A stretch of DNA of 63,825 nucleotides, counting the filler, from Octopus bimaculoides (lineage: Eukaryota): the NCBI RefSeq assembly GCF_001194135.2. It is 9 parts of 8 records of this genome, joined end to end, with 100 filler letters (N's around TTAATTAATTAA, not from the genome) between each part and the next. Parts side by side here need not be neighbours in the genome. Positions count along the whole stretch, not along the records: positions 61,226 to 62,411 come from NW_026394184.1; positions 62,512 to 63,825 come from NW_026298610.1; 7 more parts are not named here. One strand, given 5' to 3'. This document shows positions 61,262 to 63,825 of the stretch, one piece after another. The position numbers and the translations under genes were made by a program. The notes beneath the pieces are model-generated. The model saw nothing but the letters and a program-made list of their open reading frames with translations. It was not told the DNA's origin and did no database searches. The stretch's first letter is position 1. Each line of letters begins with the position of its first letter.

Positions 61262-62529
61262 ATATCAACATGTGTGTGTGTGTTATGTACTCTCATGCCA
61301 CAATACTATGAACCTCCCTTTAATGGATTTTGGAAGCAGCGGACAAAATTTTGGTATATCAACATCACCTCTTCACCATGCATGGCAAGTCTGATTTTAA
61401 GTTAAAAATGTTGAATTTACTGAATTTTTGTGTATATTTACAGTGTACAGGAATTTTACATTGTCAGATTGGATAGTGTGTTTAATTAAAAGTATAGTGT
61501 GCTCTATTTATTTCTCTGTCTTTCATAATGTAATTGTTGATATTAGCCACTCCCAACGTAACCTAACCTTAGTATCAGTACCTATGGACAATCGGCTGCA
61601 TCAGACTGGTGTTCCCGCCTTTTAGTGCATGGTACTGAAGCGTGAGTACATTTATCTAGATCCGTGTTTTTACTTATATCTATTTACGGTCAGCATGACA
61701 TTTGATCAGCAGTCAGAAAGGTGATATTGTCTGATATTACCTATAGAATGTTCTGTGTGCGCTTAATTCATGACTTGGCAAAGGAAGATAAAGCTTATTT
61801 CTTTTCTTTTTTTTCGTGCTTCATTTTCTTATGACTTTTTTCATAGCAATATATACTTTTTCACACTTTTTAAGGCTAAATTATTAATAACAATATACTG
61901 TATTTGCCAGCTTATTGAATGCCCCTTCACAGCTGAAGATCCCCTTGATAGAATGGCCACGTATCACGTCATTTGATTAATTTAGATACAAATACACTGT
62001 ACCTTCTATCTTTTATTCCTGTTTTCAATCAAAGCTCTATAATTAGTATAGCAGCATCTATGTATATTTTACACATACACACACACACACACTCCCCCCT
62101 CTCTCTTTCCCTCACTCGCTGTATTGAATGTATACAGCAACAAAGACAAAAAATGGAGAACATGGTACACAATTACAAATACAAACAACAAGAAATAACA
62201 ACAGGTGTCTTTTGACTATATGAAGTGACAGCCTACAGGCAGGAACATAGGAGATGGACATGAGGTGTTGGCAGTTGGCAGTCAGGCCAAGAAAGAAAGA
62301 TCATGGCTGGCTGGACACCGGTTACATCGAAGGAGCAGAGAGAGGTAGGGAACAATGAGACTGAAGGATTAGAAAAAAAATCAGAGACAAAGGGAAAGGT
62401 ACAGGGGAGATNNNNNNNNNNNNNNNNNNNNNNNNNNNNNNNNNNNNNNNNNNNNTTAATTAATTAANNNNNNNNNNNNNNNNNNNNNNNNNNNNNNNNN
62501 NNNNNNNNNNNTATCCAATTCTAAACGTT

Positions 62530-62830
62530 GCTTGCTTCTTGCTTCATTTACTTGCCTCAAGGGGCTGGGGTCATCCCAGGTTAGTGCTCCCAGAGATATC
62601 ATCATGCTGAGAACCGACCTGGTTCACCTGTGCTCTCCATCACTTGTGTTCTTATGCCAGCCACTTTGTATACTCTAAGATGACGTCCAGCCCCTGGCGA
62701 TCTTCCTTGGTCACGTCCAGCCATCTAGTGCATGGCCTGCCACGAGGCCTCTTCCAGCCAACAGAGTATCTAACATATTATGCATCGTATCCTCGTTTAG
62801 GTTTAGCCACTTATGTGCGATTTGAGGGAG
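62530..62830 (-). mobile_element. RTE-like LINE 3' end, third family
   Basis: VGWKRPRGRPCTRWLDVTKED, followed by a UTR and (GCAA)n-like tail. Confidence 0.6.
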
Positions 62831-62935
62831 AAGTGAGTTGTAATTTATGATGGTCAGATACAGAACCGAAGCAGTCATGCTCTTACCGCTGGGTATCTGT
62901 ACTTGAGAGTGTAAAAAGTAGGAATATATCACAAA

Positions 62936-63073
62936 TCACAAGGCAATCAATAATGAGAGAATTAGTCTAAATATTGATAAAGTCTCTTGAGTATCTTTTG
63001 GCAAAGGTGTTGTGGTTGGTGGTGTTAAAATGAGCGACGGATTAATGCTACCACCCAAGATTTTGGCGTGAAC
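62936..63073 (-). CDS. Weak candidate terminal exon (Thr/Pro stalk + hydrophobic tail)
   Basis: Acceptor ATTATTGATTCTATAG. Reads VHAKILGGSINPSLILTPPTTTPLPKDTQETLSIFRLILSLLIAL*. Confidence 0.25.
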   Translation of the reverse strand, partial: VHAKILGGSINPSLILTPPTTTPLPKDTQETLSIFRLILSLLIAL

Positions 63074-63179
63074 CTATAGAATCAATAATTACTGAAGTAC
63101 AGTTGAAGAATGTACCAGAAAAGTTGAAATAACTATGGTGTTGGTGCTGAATATATATGTAAGCATGGATGATAGCATG

Positions 63180-63500
63180 TATGTAAGTATGTATGAATGA
63201 ATGCATGATGTATGTATGTGCGTATATATGCGTGTATATATGTATTTATGCTTGTATGTATGTATGTGTGTATGTATGTGTGTACGTACGCACGTATTTA
63301 TGTATGTACATACATACGTATGCATGTATATATGTATAAGTGCGTATATGTGTGTATGTCTGTGTGTATGTATGGATGGATGTATGTGTATATGTATGGA
63401 TGTATGTATGTATGTGTGTATGTATGTATGTACGTAGGTACGTGTGTACGTACGGATGTATGTATGAGTGTGTGTATGCGCATGTATGTGTGTATGTACG
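63180..63500. repeat. Degenerate (TATG)n/(TG)n tract
   Basis: Direct sequence. Confidence 0.9.
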
Positions 63501-63825
63501 CTCAGATGCATGTCGGATTTGCTCTGCGCAACTGTACTAACAATAGGCTTTTAAAAGAAAAGTCATTGAACGTTTCGAAGAAGCACATGATGGAGTATAA
63601 ATAGATAATTAAGGAATCTGCTGTGAGTACTTGAGTAGTCTTACATTGCGACTCAATGGAGTGGTGCCTCCATGACTCGGAACGTTTGATAGCTTGGCAG
63701 ACAATTTATTCCGCACACGAACATCAACGCATACGCACACACGCGCAAACACATACGTATACAGAGAAAGAGAGCAAATAGATTTATATTCAAAGATGCA
63801 TACAAGCATATGTGTGTGTGTGTGC

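Noticed and set aside
61560-61660. Possible plus-strand first exon ending at a GTGAGT donor
   Set aside because: A single donor-like site with no supporting promoter or downstream exon.

Overview
Eukaryotic, AT-rich, microsatellite-dense and gap-rich genomic DNA. The repeat content resembles an octopus genome (inference, not verified). There is no prokaryotic operon, CRISPR array, rRNA or true tRNA gene. Most of the window is decayed mobile DNA: R4/Dong-type (RLE) non-LTR retrotransposons stacked in (AAT)n and (CATA)n tracts, a ~3.3 kb L1/Tx1-clade ORF2 remnant, many RTE fragments and 3' tails, several tRNA-derived SINE families, Penelope-like pieces with degenerate hammerhead ribozymes next to palindromes, mariner, Chapaev-like and piggyBac-type DNA transposon remnants, a solo LTR and a Helitron 3' end. 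Hidden among these is a minus-strand host gene that the ORF track only partly shows. Two exons (35692-35783 and 34471-34654) have canonical splice sites and matching phase and together encode a 12-Cys Ly6/uPAR (three-finger)-like domain. A separate well-bounded coiled-coil exon lies at 54670-54758, and there are several weaker candidate exons. Eight 100-bp spacers (44 N + TTAATTAATTAA + 44 N) look like assembly joins, so distances across them are unreliable. I cannot demonstrate a wholly new biological system. The best leads are the Ly6-like gene, the hammerhead-plus-palindrome repeats, the microsatellite-partitioned R4 families, a fold-back templated insertion in an RTE, and a circularly permuted mariner/SINE contig. 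Repeat boundaries were read by eye and are approximate unless a junction is stated explicitly.
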